DNA of 64,000 nucleotides from Rhizophagus irregularis (Eukaryota): NCBI RefSeq assembly GCF_026210795.1, contig NC_089435.1, positions 3,472,001 to 3,536,000 of the forward strand, read 5' to 3'. Shown piece by piece: positions 39,515 to 49,702 of this stretch (position 1 is its first letter; each line of letters starts with the position of its first letter). The notes under the pieces were generated by a model. It saw only the letters and a program-made list of their open reading frames with translations, ran no database searches and was not told where the DNA came from. The position numbers and the translations under genes were made by a program.

Positions 39515-41643
39515 ACATTAAAATTTCCAAGCTTAATGAATTTTTATTATTAAAGAAATTTATCAAAAAATGTGTAATACAAAAATATCAGAATAATGAG
39601 AAACTTCAATCAATACCTGACGTGCGTCAGTTACCCTTTCCAATGATACATGTATATACTAAATAAATTGTGAGACAAATAAATTTTATTAGTTAGATTT
39701 AATTATGTTTAAATATAATACAAGAATAAAATGATCCCCCTATAGAAACTTATTAAATTGCTAATAAAAATGTGCCATTTTTGTATAATTATAAAAAAAA
39801 AAAATATTTTGTTCAGGTACAAGCGTATAGTAAAAATCTCAGTATATTCAATTCAACTGGTTGACTGAATACCACCATTCTTTTTCGCCTTACCTTTTTA
39901 ATTTTTTCAAATTTATAGATTGCTCTTGAGAATTAAAAATTATTAGCCAAATTTGAACACATGGGAATAGGGCTTTGGTTCTGTTGAAACCAGGTAGAAC
40001 ATGAGATCAATTTTTGATTCATTATTAACATTAATTTTATAATTCACGTCGGTCTGATTTTGAGTGTTTCTTTTAAACCAGTGAGTTTTGTTCAGTTTGA
40101 ATTTAAAATTGTTATTAATCCAAACTTAGGAACTAGTGTTTATGATTAGCAAAAGTATTCACATTTTAAAAAAAAAAGTTTTTTTGATATGATATCTGTA
40201 ATTTGAATAGTATTTTAGTTTTAGCGGACTTTTAATTAATTGTTATATGGTGTCGATACGTTACTACTACCTTTACTACCTTGTTATATATGGTTTATTT
40301 ATTTATTTATTCATTTTTTTTTTTAATACAATTCCATAATGTTAACAAAGAAGATTAGTATCTATTATGGTGAGAATAAAGAAATTAAATTTAGAAATGA
40401 GTACGCATTATTGTAATTACCATAAGCAATTATTTTATTTTAATATTATTTGTAAAATGATAACGTTTTATCACAACTTTAATTCGAATTTTTTTTAAAT
40501 AAAATACGGAGGAATTGAGTTATTTTAATATATAAAATTTATTTACAAAATCAAGTCATAAAAAAACTGAGGAATTATTGTTTGAACTTTTTTCACACAT
40601 AGCCCATATGGTCTAATATCTTTTTCATTAGGTGTAACCCAATACTTTCCACCTTTATGTTCATCAAACCCTACAGGATTAACTCTATTTTGAAAAACAG
40701 CTTTATATAAAGTACCATTGTGTTTAAATATTTTAGCATATCCTTCAGCTATCTCAATTATAGGAGTTGAATATATTCCTTTTCCATATGAAAAGCGTTT
40801 TCCTTTATCAAGACGATAACCTTCTCCAGCAATAGCATTAAAAAATTCTTTTTTTGTACCATGATAAGAAACTGGCCATTCATAAGGACTATTACCAACG
40901 CAACCCAACCATCTATCATCATGACCGTGTTTTCTTGAAACATTAAGGGCTATTCTCTCCCATCCATAAGGCCTTCTATACAATACTCGCTTCCCACGAT
41001 AATATTTTTCTTCATCATCTTTTAAATTCGTGAAATTATAATCATATTTAGGGTCTAAAAAATCTTCTGTGATAATGCAGTAATTTTTGATAGCACAGGA
41101 ATCCATGTTAAAATTCCCTCCCAATAGTCGAAGTGAAATATGTACATTATCACCTTGTTGAATGTTGTAAGATCTTAAAGTTCTATGATCTTCCAATCGT
41201 CTATTAGCAAATTCAAGGCGTATTAGTTTGATATCATATTCAAGCTTATCTTGAATGATATACTTCAACTCAAGAACAGTGTTATGTGGGTCCACAAATA
41301 TTGCCTGACTGTCTCCAGAAAGGTTGATGACAAAAATTTGAATAAGATTAGAGATGGTGAAAGTAAGGAAAGTGTCTTCAATTTCATTAACTTCATTTCT
41401 AACATACATTAAGGAATTATGAATGAAATTAAGATCTAAAATTTGTTCAGGTGAAATGGTATATCCATTAGCTATACATTCATCATAAGTTTTTACAGGA
41501 ATATCAAGTATAGAGGACATTGCAGAGGCAACAAGAGATAATTGAGACATTTTTTTTTTTGTTTATCCTTTTTTTGCCGTTATCTTATTGTCCGGAGTCT
41601 ACTTTTTATATTATTTTTTTTTTATTGAGAGTATTAATACGGT
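39515..41643. repeat. Segmental duplication copy A (copy B ~45990-48340) carrying the Ub-ART gene and flanks
   Basis: Shared flanks include ttttcc(a)agcttaat..atttttattattaaa, gacgtgcgtcagtta, ctttttcgcctt, aattaaaaattattagccaaatttg, aatacaattccataatgtta and upstream tcttattgtccggag...ttaatacggtt. Confidence 0.85.
40543..41550 (-). CDS. Ubiquitin-like (76 aa, ...LRLLGG) fused to a NEURL4-like ADP-ribosyltransferase domain, copy 1 (335 aa, intronless)
   Basis: IQIFVINLSG...EDHRTLRSYNIQQGDNVHISLRLLGG (41343-41116) aligns without gaps to ubiquitin. Downstream YRRPYGWERIAL, WPVSYHGT, YGKGIYSTP, AEGYA, VFQNRVNP, YWV, DIRPYGLCVK match the H-Y ART-fold signature of the NEURL4-type family. Confidence 0.9.
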   Translation of the reverse strand: MSQLSLVASAMSSILDIPVKTYDECIANGYTISPEQILDLNFIHNSLMYVRNEVNEIEDTFLTFTISNLIQIFVINLSGDSQAIFVDPHNTVLELKYIIQDKLEYDIKLIRLEFANRRLEDHRTLRSYNIQQGDNVHISLRLLGGNFNMDSCAIKNYCIITEDFLDPKYDYNFTNLKDDEEKYYRGKRVLYRRPYGWERIALNVSRKHGHDDRWLGCVGNSPYEWPVSYHGTKKEFFNAIAGEGYRLDKGKRFSYGKGIYSTPIIEIAEGYAKIFKHNGTLYKAVFQNRVNPVGFDEHKGGKYWVTPNEKDIRPYGLCVKKVQTIIPQFFYDLIL

Positions 41644-42028
41644 TAGTACTAAATCTACATCTATATTATATAACTAAAAAAATACATAAAAAAATCGTAA
41701 CGTTTAGACTAGCATGTATAAATAGTTTTGAATTGTGTAATATATTTTCTGCTTGCGCCTAATCTATTCCATGTTAGCGTAAGTTTTTTTTTGTTCTTTA
41801 TTTTCTAGATTATTTAGGTTAATATCGGTAAGTTCAAGTTATGAATTCCGAATTGCAGATCATCAATATTGTTACCGAAATTAGATCATTTGTTTAGATC
41901 ATTTGTTGTTAATTTTATCCACTAAACACGTAATTTTTTTTATATAAATATTTTTTCCCGTTATGACTTTTTTTTGTTATTTGATTTTTTTTTAAATACT
42001 TTTTGACTTTTTTCGATTATAACAATTA

Positions 42029-42454
42029 GGCAATATAAAGTTAAAAAATTGGTTCTCATATCAAAATTTGCTTCAATTTAACCCGGCCGCACGGCTTTTT
42101 ACTTTTTTTTAGAATAAAATTTTTTTTCATCCGATCATGTAATACGGAAGATTTCATATGTAACATTTATTTTAATATAGCAATTCAATAAAAAGTCAGA
42201 CAGATTTTATATATCAAGTTAATTACAAGTTTATTTCTCATGTTTAATTGTAGTTTTTTAAAAAAAAATTTTTTTTTTATTGTTCATTAAATGTTAGGCA
42301 TTTATGGCAGATATATAAGATATGCGTACAAATTTAATGTATCATGTGACATAGCTTAGAGCAATTTGATTGGTTAACAAAAAAATAAAAATTTAAGATT
42401 CCCCGCTCTGACCCGGCCGGGATATAAGAACCAATTTTTTACCTTTATGTCGCC
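42029..42454. mobile_element. Tourist/PIF-Harbinger-like MITE
   Basis: 34-bp TIRs ggcaatataaagttaaaaaattggttctcatatc / gatataagaaccaattttttacctttatgtcgcc (4 mismatches); TTA target duplication at 42026-42028 and 42455-42457. Confidence 0.8.
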
Positions 42455-42729
42455 TTATTTGATAAACGTTATTATTTTTTTTAATTAAAATACTATTTTT
42501 TGGTTTTTTTTTTACATAAATTTTTTTATAAAATAATAAGAAATAATTATAAAATTTATAATTAATTAATAATAATATTTGTAATATTTTTCACAATATT
42601 AAAATTTTTTCGAAAATACTTCTAAAAAGTTAATCAATTTTTATTGATAATTATTTTTTCACAATTCCTTAAACCTTAATTAAACGTCAAATCTTTAATA
42701 TAAATAACTACATTGTTGTAAATATAATC

Positions 42730-43852
42730 GGGAATTGCTAAACGTTGCCTGGGTGATTTGTCGCCTGGATTTTTTTAAATGTCACATGATGTACAATATA
42801 TAAAGAATAAATTTATTGATCTGATTTTTTCAAACTTAGCTAGGCTAAACTTAAAAATTTTATCGCAAACATCTATTTTAAAAAAAAAAATTTTTTGCAA
42901 GCATATTTATCCAAAATAATCTTATCTAATAAAATTTTGTAAATATTAAATTTTAAATCGCACATTTACGATTTTAAAGAAAAAAATCACTGTATTTTAT
43001 TTTTTAATGAAGTGATACAAATAAAAGAAAAGATAAGTAAATTACAATGATCAAGAAAAAGTATGCTAATAAAAAATGAAATAACAATGGAGTAATGAGA
43101 AGTAATAGAAGATGAAAGGGAGTAAAAAAGAGTAATGAGAAGTGTTAGGAAGTAAAAAGGAGAAATGAGTAATAGGAAGATGAAGAGGAGTGATGAGAGA
43201 CGAAAAGGAGTGATGGGAAGATGAAGAGGAGTAATGAGAAGGTGAAGAGGAGTGATGGGAGACGAAAAGAATGGAATAATAAGAAGTAATAGGAGGTGAA
43301 AAATGATGAGAGATAAAAAATAAAACAATGATCATGATAGGAGGTTGGGTAGCAAAAGATAATGGTAGGAAACCAAGTAAAAAATAAACCATTAAGTAAA
43401 AAAAAATGAAGTAAGAAACGAAATATAAGATAGAAACAAAATAAAATAAATAAATAAATAAATAAGAAATAAAAAACATACCTTTATTAATTGTAGAACC
43501 GAAAAAAACTAAAAGATCTAAAAAATGAAATAAAATTAGTGAAAAACGAAATACGAAACAGAAACAAAATAAAAAAAATAAAAATAAGAAACGAAATGTA
43601 AAGTGAAAAACAACTGAACCTTAATTGCAGAACCGGAAAGACTAAAAGACCTAAAAATAATGAAATAGAGTTAGTAGGAAACAAAATGTAAGGATGTAAG
43701 TTAGAAATAAAAAGAAAAAAAGAAAAATACCTCGAGACCGAAATAACCGAGAAAACGAACCTTGAACCTATAATGAAATGAGATTCTATAAACAAATAAA
43801 TATGACAAATCTGCCGCATGATCGAAGACCCAGGCGATGTTTACCAATTCCC
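42730..43852. mobile_element. Non-autonomous Mutator-like element with internal purine-rich minisatellite
   Basis: 25-bp TIRs gggaattgctaaacgttgcctgggt / acccaggcgatgtttaccaattccc (3 mismatches); 9-bp TSD aatataatc (42721-42729) / aatataatt (43853-43861); internal ~21-bp repeats (gatgaagaggagtgatg...) at ~43085-43315. Confidence 0.8.
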
Positions 43853-44235
43853 AATATAATTTATATCATTCTAATATTATAATTATAATTTAGCACATAT
43901 TATTTTGTTAACTAATTATTACCTAAATTAAATTCCTAATTATAAACAAAAAACTTGCTGTAACCATCTTTAATTTACTTGGTATTACATTATAATACTA
44001 AAATTTTCTATTTAAACAAACTCATTGGTCCCGGTGCGGAGCAACGGGTAACTGCTAGTATATACTCAAACTTTCTCAATTTTCTCAAAACTCCTTGAAA
44101 AAATAGACTTTTAAAAATTCATTTTATCACTTTACAGATTTATATCCTACTCTGCGTTTTCTCGTGTTCTCGTGTTTACTTTCGAATAACTTTGTCTTTT
44201 ATTTCAATAAGAGCGTCGCAACAGAAGGTGTAGAA

Positions 44236-45171
44236 ATGTCATTTGAGGAGACCCGAGAGACCAGACGAATATCTACAATTAATCAGGTAAGCGACGTTTA
44301 ATACTGTTTAAGAACAATAGTAATATGGCTAACGAGCGACTGCAACAGATCTGTGCGATAATTGATCAATTATTGGAGCGAAAACCAAAAGGTGATGTCG
44401 TCAAGGTCCCTCTTCCTAATGAACTAGATAGAACAGTGTTGGCGCGCCTATACTTGAAGCAATACATGCAAAATATAATGCTGACAGGGTTGGAAACGAT
44501 TTATTTATTAAAGTAAGTTCAATTATAGCCTACACGCCCGTATATATCATTTATTAATCCTAGAAATTTTATATTTATAATTTAGTATGATGGATGTGCC
44601 AAGGAAGCTATCCATCGTCGACTAGCGAATTTGGCTGAAGCACACAATCCAGCCCGGTATGTAGTAAATCACGGAATATGTATTGTTAGAGGCATAGAAC
44701 GTCGACCCGACGTTGGTGTGTGGCACACTCAACCGACGCGTAGACAATGCATTAAACCTATTATTTATAGGTGTCCTCCCCGACGTATGGGTAGATGTAA
44801 TTGTATTAAATCTTTATTTAGGAAAAATGTAAATGGTTTGAGACTTATCAGATCTGAATTCTTGCATATATATAGAGATTAGGACCGAGCAAATGCAGTA
44901 AATAGGATTACCCATGCTCAACAACATTGGATTGGGATTGAATATATCGGCATTGCTATACCTGAATCCATTCGTCGAAACCCGAATCCCCAACAAGCTT
45001 CAGTTGCTGTAATTGCCCAAAACAACATCTCAAACCGACCTCTATATGCTATCCATTGGGACGCAAATAATAACCAAATTTATTATCCTTATAACTGGAA
45101 TACACATCTATTACTTAGATGTGGATGGACACTTTGATTTTAACTTTGTTCTTAGAGAACTTTCGCGATAG
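44236..45171 (+). pseudogene. Pseudogene of a Uma2-like PD-(D/E)xK endonuclease-family protein
   Basis: Spliced reading MSFEETRETRRISTINQ|ICAIIDQLLERK... /frameshift/ ILEAIHAKYNADRVGNDLFIK|YDGCAKEAIHRRLANLAEAHNP...CIVRGIERRPDVGVW...RCP /frameshift/ PDVWV|...RD*DRANAVNRI...IEYIGIAIP...CGWTLDFNFVLRELSR*. RPD and PDVWV motifs; two frameshifts and an in-frame stop. Confidence 0.6.
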
Positions 45172-47236
45172 ATAGTTACTATTATACTCATTAAATATAA
45201 CATAAATAGCTTTCATTGCATATGAATTACACAATAAAGTATCTCTAGAAACTCTTGAATTAGTAGGTCTGAAAAGTTATCCGTTATGTTTACAAATAAA
45301 ATAAAAATCATAAATGCGAATTGATATTGATTGCTAAAAAGAAACGTTTTTATTACAAATAGCGTGTAGGTAAACACGCAAAAATACAAAAGTTAAAATG
45401 TGAAATATATAATAATTACTGCATTTACACCATGATAGATTTATGTAACACAAGACTTTTTTGGCTTTCCCATACTTTTTTAATATTTCCGGTATAATTA
45501 ATTAAAAAAAGCAGATTAAAAATGCTGAAAACTGTAAAATTAAACCCGCGTGTACATGATGTATTTATTATATACATACCGATTAATTCTAGCAAAATTT
45601 ATTGCGACGGGCAGAATTATGAGATGAAGGTCATTTCTGAAAAGGAAATAAACTCGGTTGGATCCAATATTACTATAAATGTGAAACCAAGAAAAAAATT
45701 TAAACCAGAAAAAATACGATACCATATTTGTAACCTGTCAGGTACCTGCTACAAGTTCTGCCGCAAATCCAGCGGTTATCTGCTGTGAATTCAGCCACAA
45801 ATTCAGCAGGAATCTGCCGTGAAAAACGCAGATATCTGTCATGAAAGTAACAGGTACCTGCTGTGATAGCAGCAAAACTTTTGACCTGAACGGCTTGCCA
45901 TAATCTCCTTACACAACGTCAATGAATGGCGCGTGACATTCGGAAAATCCATATATTTATTACAAGCACTAAAAATTCTTTGCTTAAATTATTAAATTTT
46001 CCAGGCTTAATAAATTTTTATTATTAAATAAATTTATCTATCACATTAAAAATAAAAATATCAGAATAATCAGATTGATTAGACTCAAACTCGACGTGCG
46101 TCAGTTATTTTATCCAATGATATATACCAATATTATTCTAGTGTATAACAAAAATGGTATAAAATTATTTTACAATATTACAATTTTTTTATAAATCATA
46201 ATATTGAGATTTGATAAATAATTTATACCATTTGATTCATCTACAACCAATCTAATGAAAGTATATATAGAAATATAGTAACAAATTCTTTAGTTAAAAT
46301 TATATTATTATTTCCCAGAATTGTGGAATGGAACATAAAATCTTGATTATGTAAGTGACAAATATATTAGTTTTACAAGAATAAAACGATCCCAACCCAC
46401 ACACAAACCCACACTCCCAACCCACGCTCCCAACCCACACTCAATTGCTAATAAAAAGGTGCCATTTTTATACTAATATTATTCAGTATTAGCAATTTTT
46501 TACATTAATTCGCAAAGTATAATAGTATACGTTTTTGAAATAAACGTTAAAAAAGTAAAGTTTCTTTGTAAAAGATAGTCAGAAAGAAATATAAAATTAC
46601 AGTACGATAATTAACGTTAACGCTATCACGTGCAAGTGCATAACTCGGGCCAGTTTGTACGTAAGTCTCCCATAATTTTATTTGCTAATGACAATAAGTA
46701 ACCCATCAGTTTTATAATGAGCCCATCAACTGAGCTTAAATATTAATTGGCTTGATTTTTCCAATCAGCCGATATGGTTAGTGTTTACTAACAGCAAAAT
46801 ACGGTATAGTATATTTTTAATTCATCACTCTTTTTCGCCTTTACCTTTTTAATCTTTTTCAAATTAGGAAATTAAAAATTATTAGCCAAATTTGTAACCT
46901 TGAACATGGGAATAGGAAGGTTCCACTTCAGTTCTACTTCGTTTTCTTGAAACCAGAGGTAGGGCATTAGAAACGTTAAGTAACGGTCATTTTATAATTC
47001 ACGTTAATAATGTCGGTCTGATCTTTTTAATCAGTTTGGAGTTTTGTTCAGTTTGAACTTTTAAAATTGTTAAAGTTTCTGGATTGATCCAAACTCAGGA
47101 ACTAGGGTATATATTTAGCATATTGGATTTAAAGTTGATAGCGCATTTTTTTAAAAAAAAAAGCTTTTTTGTAATTTGAATAGTATTAATATTATATTAT
47201 AAATATATATATATTTTTGAATACAATTCCATAATG

Positions 47237-48241
47237 TTATTGGTATCTATCTTGGAGAACTATCGTTTGAATATTATTTTTCACACACAACCCATATGGT
47301 CTAATATCTTTTTCATTAGGTGTAACCCAATAATCTCCACCTTTATGTTTTTTAATCCCTACAGGATTAACTCTATTCTGAAAAACAGCTTTATATGAAA
47401 TACCATTGTGTTCAAATTCTTTAGCATATCCTTCAGCTATCTCAATTATAGGAGTTGAATATATTCCTTTTCCATATGAAAAGCGTTTTCCTTTATCAAG
47501 ACGATAACCTTCATCGGAAATAGGATTAAAACATTCTTGTTTTGTACCATGATAAGAAACCGGCCATTCATAAGGACTATCGCCAACGCAACCCAACCAT
47601 TTATCATCATGACCGTATTTTTTTGAAACATTAAGGGCTATTCTCATCCATCCATTCGGTCTTCTATACAATACTCGCTTCCCACGATAATATTTTTTTC
47701 CGTTATCTTTTAAATTCGTGAAATCATAATCATATTTAGGATCTAAAAGATCTTCTGTGATAATGCAGTAATTTTTGATAGCACAGAAATCCATGTTAAA
47801 GTTCCCTCCCAATAGTCGAAGTGAAATATGTACATTATCACCTTGCTGAATGTTGTAAGATCTTAAAGTTCTATGATCTTCTAATCGTCTATTAGCAAAT
47901 TCAAGGCGTATTAGTTTGATATCATATTCAAGCTTATCTTGAATAATATACTTCAATTCAAGAACAGTGTTATGTGTATCCACAAATATTGCCTGACTGT
48001 CTCCAGAAAGGTTTATGACAAAAATTTGAATAAGATTAGGGGTGGTGAAAGTAAGGTAAGTGTCTTCAACTTCATTAACTTCATTTTTAACATACATTAA
48101 AGAAATATTATGAATGAAATTAAGGTCTAAAATTTGTTCAGGTGAAATGGTGTATCCATTAGCTATACATTCATCATAAGTTTTTACAGGAATATCAAGT
48201 ATAGAGGATATTGCAGAGGCAACAAGAGATAATTGGGACAT
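47237..48241 (-). CDS. Ubiquitin-like (...LRLLGG) fused to a NEURL4-like ADP-ribosyltransferase domain, copy 2 (334 aa, intronless)
   Basis: Paralog of 40543-41550; Ubl at 48031-47804; WPVSYHGT, YGKGIYSTP, AEGYA, VFQNRVNP, DIRPYGLCVK all intact. Confidence 0.9.
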   Translation of the reverse strand: MSQLSLVASAISSILDIPVKTYDECIANGYTISPEQILDLNFIHNISLMYVKNEVNEVEDTYLTFTTPNLIQIFVINLSGDSQAIFVDTHNTVLELKYIIQDKLEYDIKLIRLEFANRRLEDHRTLRSYNIQQGDNVHISLRLLGGNFNMDFCAIKNYCIITEDLLDPKYDYDFTNLKDNGKKYYRGKRVLYRRPNGWMRIALNVSKKYGHDDKWLGCVGDSPYEWPVSYHGTKQECFNPISDEGYRLDKGKRFSYGKGIYSTPIIEIAEGYAKEFEHNGISYKAVFQNRVNPVGIKKHKGGDYWVTPNEKDIRPYGLCVKNNIQTIVLQDRYQ

Positions 48242-48649
48242 TTTTTATTGTTTATCCTTTTTTTGCAGTTATCTTATTGTCCGGAGCGTAACAAAGAATA
48301 TACTTTATATACTATATCATTTTTTTTTATTAATACGGTTCGTTTTTCATGTGAAAAAATTCACAAATAGTTCACATGGTCATGTGATATTTGAAGCAAT
48401 TACATATTTACATGATTGAAAAATGTCACGAATAATCACGTGATCTTCTATCACCGGTCGTCAGTCGTCACCCTCCGTGTTCCATATTTCATAAGTATCT
48501 GAGGCAAAATCCTATTCGTCACGCAGTATCTGTCACATATGCGTCAGACGCATAATTCGCGAGATTTTGTGGCTATAAAAGCATTCTTTTTTGTCGCAAT
48601 TGATATTTACCTTATTTCGCTGTCAAAAGGTTTACCACTGGTTTTTATA

Positions 48650-49353
48650 CCGTACCGCACTGCACATAATACCCCAGGTATTATACAAAATACTGATTTA
48701 AAAATTATATAATACCCGTAGGTACTTAGATACCAGGTATTATATGAGGGGGATACATAATAATTTTAACCAGAATTAAGCTAAAGTTACTAGAATTAAA
48801 GGGGGGTACTAATTGAGAGTAAAAATTTTATTTCTAGTAAAATCCTGGGTCTTATAACGTGGGGGTACTAACTTTGGGAAACTACAGTCAAATCTCGATA
48901 TACTGAACCCACGGTTTGGGAGTAAAAGTTCGATATATAGTAGAGTTCGGTAAAGCCAATTTTTATTATATACCGAACCCCTAAGTTTTTTCAGTGAAAG
49001 TTCGGTATATAAAGAAAATCACGTGATTAATATCCCAATTTCGGCCAGAATTAAGATGTCTTAATTTAGGCAAAAATTAAGTGGTTTTAATTCTGGCCGA
49101 AATTAATTAATTTCAGGCGAAATTGGCAAATCATGTGACTGAGTTCGGTATATCAAAAATTCTTTTACTATGTTTTATAATACGCGGTGAATCAATAAAA
49201 GTTCGGTATACGTTATACAAAGTTTATATGATGTTCGGTATATCAAGATGTTTTTAAATACTGGTTTTTAAAAAAAAAGTTCGGTAAGTCGAGAGTTCGT
49301 TACATCGTGGGTTCGTTGCATCGAGATCAGACTGTATAGGCAGTGCGGTACGG
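48650..49353. mobile_element. TA-flanked MITE (ccgtaccgcactgc TIR family) hosting a nested MITE
   Basis: TA|ccgtaccgcactgcacataatacccc ... gcagtgcggtacgg|TA; same TIR as 36811-36972. Confidence 0.75.
48885..49334. mobile_element. pogo/Tigger-like MITE nested in 48650-49353
   Basis: TA|cagtcaaatctcgatatactgaacccacg ... cgtgggttcgttgcatcgagatcagactg|TA; many internal gttcggta/taccgaac subterminal repeats. Confidence 0.8.
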
Positions 49354-49702
49354 TATTATTTTCTTGAATGATGGAAGAACGTCCTATAGTCTTATGGGTG
49401 TAATGAAGACACCACATTGACAAATTTTTATTCAACATACTCTCCTTAAATCTGAAATTTTTAAAATTTATATATACCGGAACAGGACCCAGAAATATAA
49501 ATATAGGGGTCAGGTGATGAAAAAAATTTTTTACTAGGAGCTGTACGCATTTTTTCAGGGCCGGAATTATGATAATGCCGGTCGGTTACTATAATAGGAA
49601 ATAAAATTCTGACTGGCATTATCTAAAATTATCTAAAAAAGGAAAGATTTTCATGATCTTTTTAGGCAAACTCAAACCTGACCCTTATATATATATTTCT
49701 GG

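Larger units (their letters stand above)
41660..44058 (+). mobile_element. Non-autonomous Helitron containing two nested MITEs
   Basis: 5' A|TCtatattatataact at 41660, just where homology to duplication copy B stops. 3' hairpin cccggtgc-gga-gcaacggg (44030-44048) followed by CTAG|T (44055-44058). The 5' boundary is less certain than the 3' end. Confidence 0.65.

Noticed and set aside
42987..43819. Three hydrophobic minus-strand ORFs (113, 137, 110 aa)
   Set aside because: Artefacts of the purine-rich minisatellite inside a TIR element.
45522..45890. ORF 45522-45788 and GC-richer acctgc/cagcagg repeats
   Set aside because: No recognisable protein; the repeats look like a transposon subterminal fragment but no matching second end was found.
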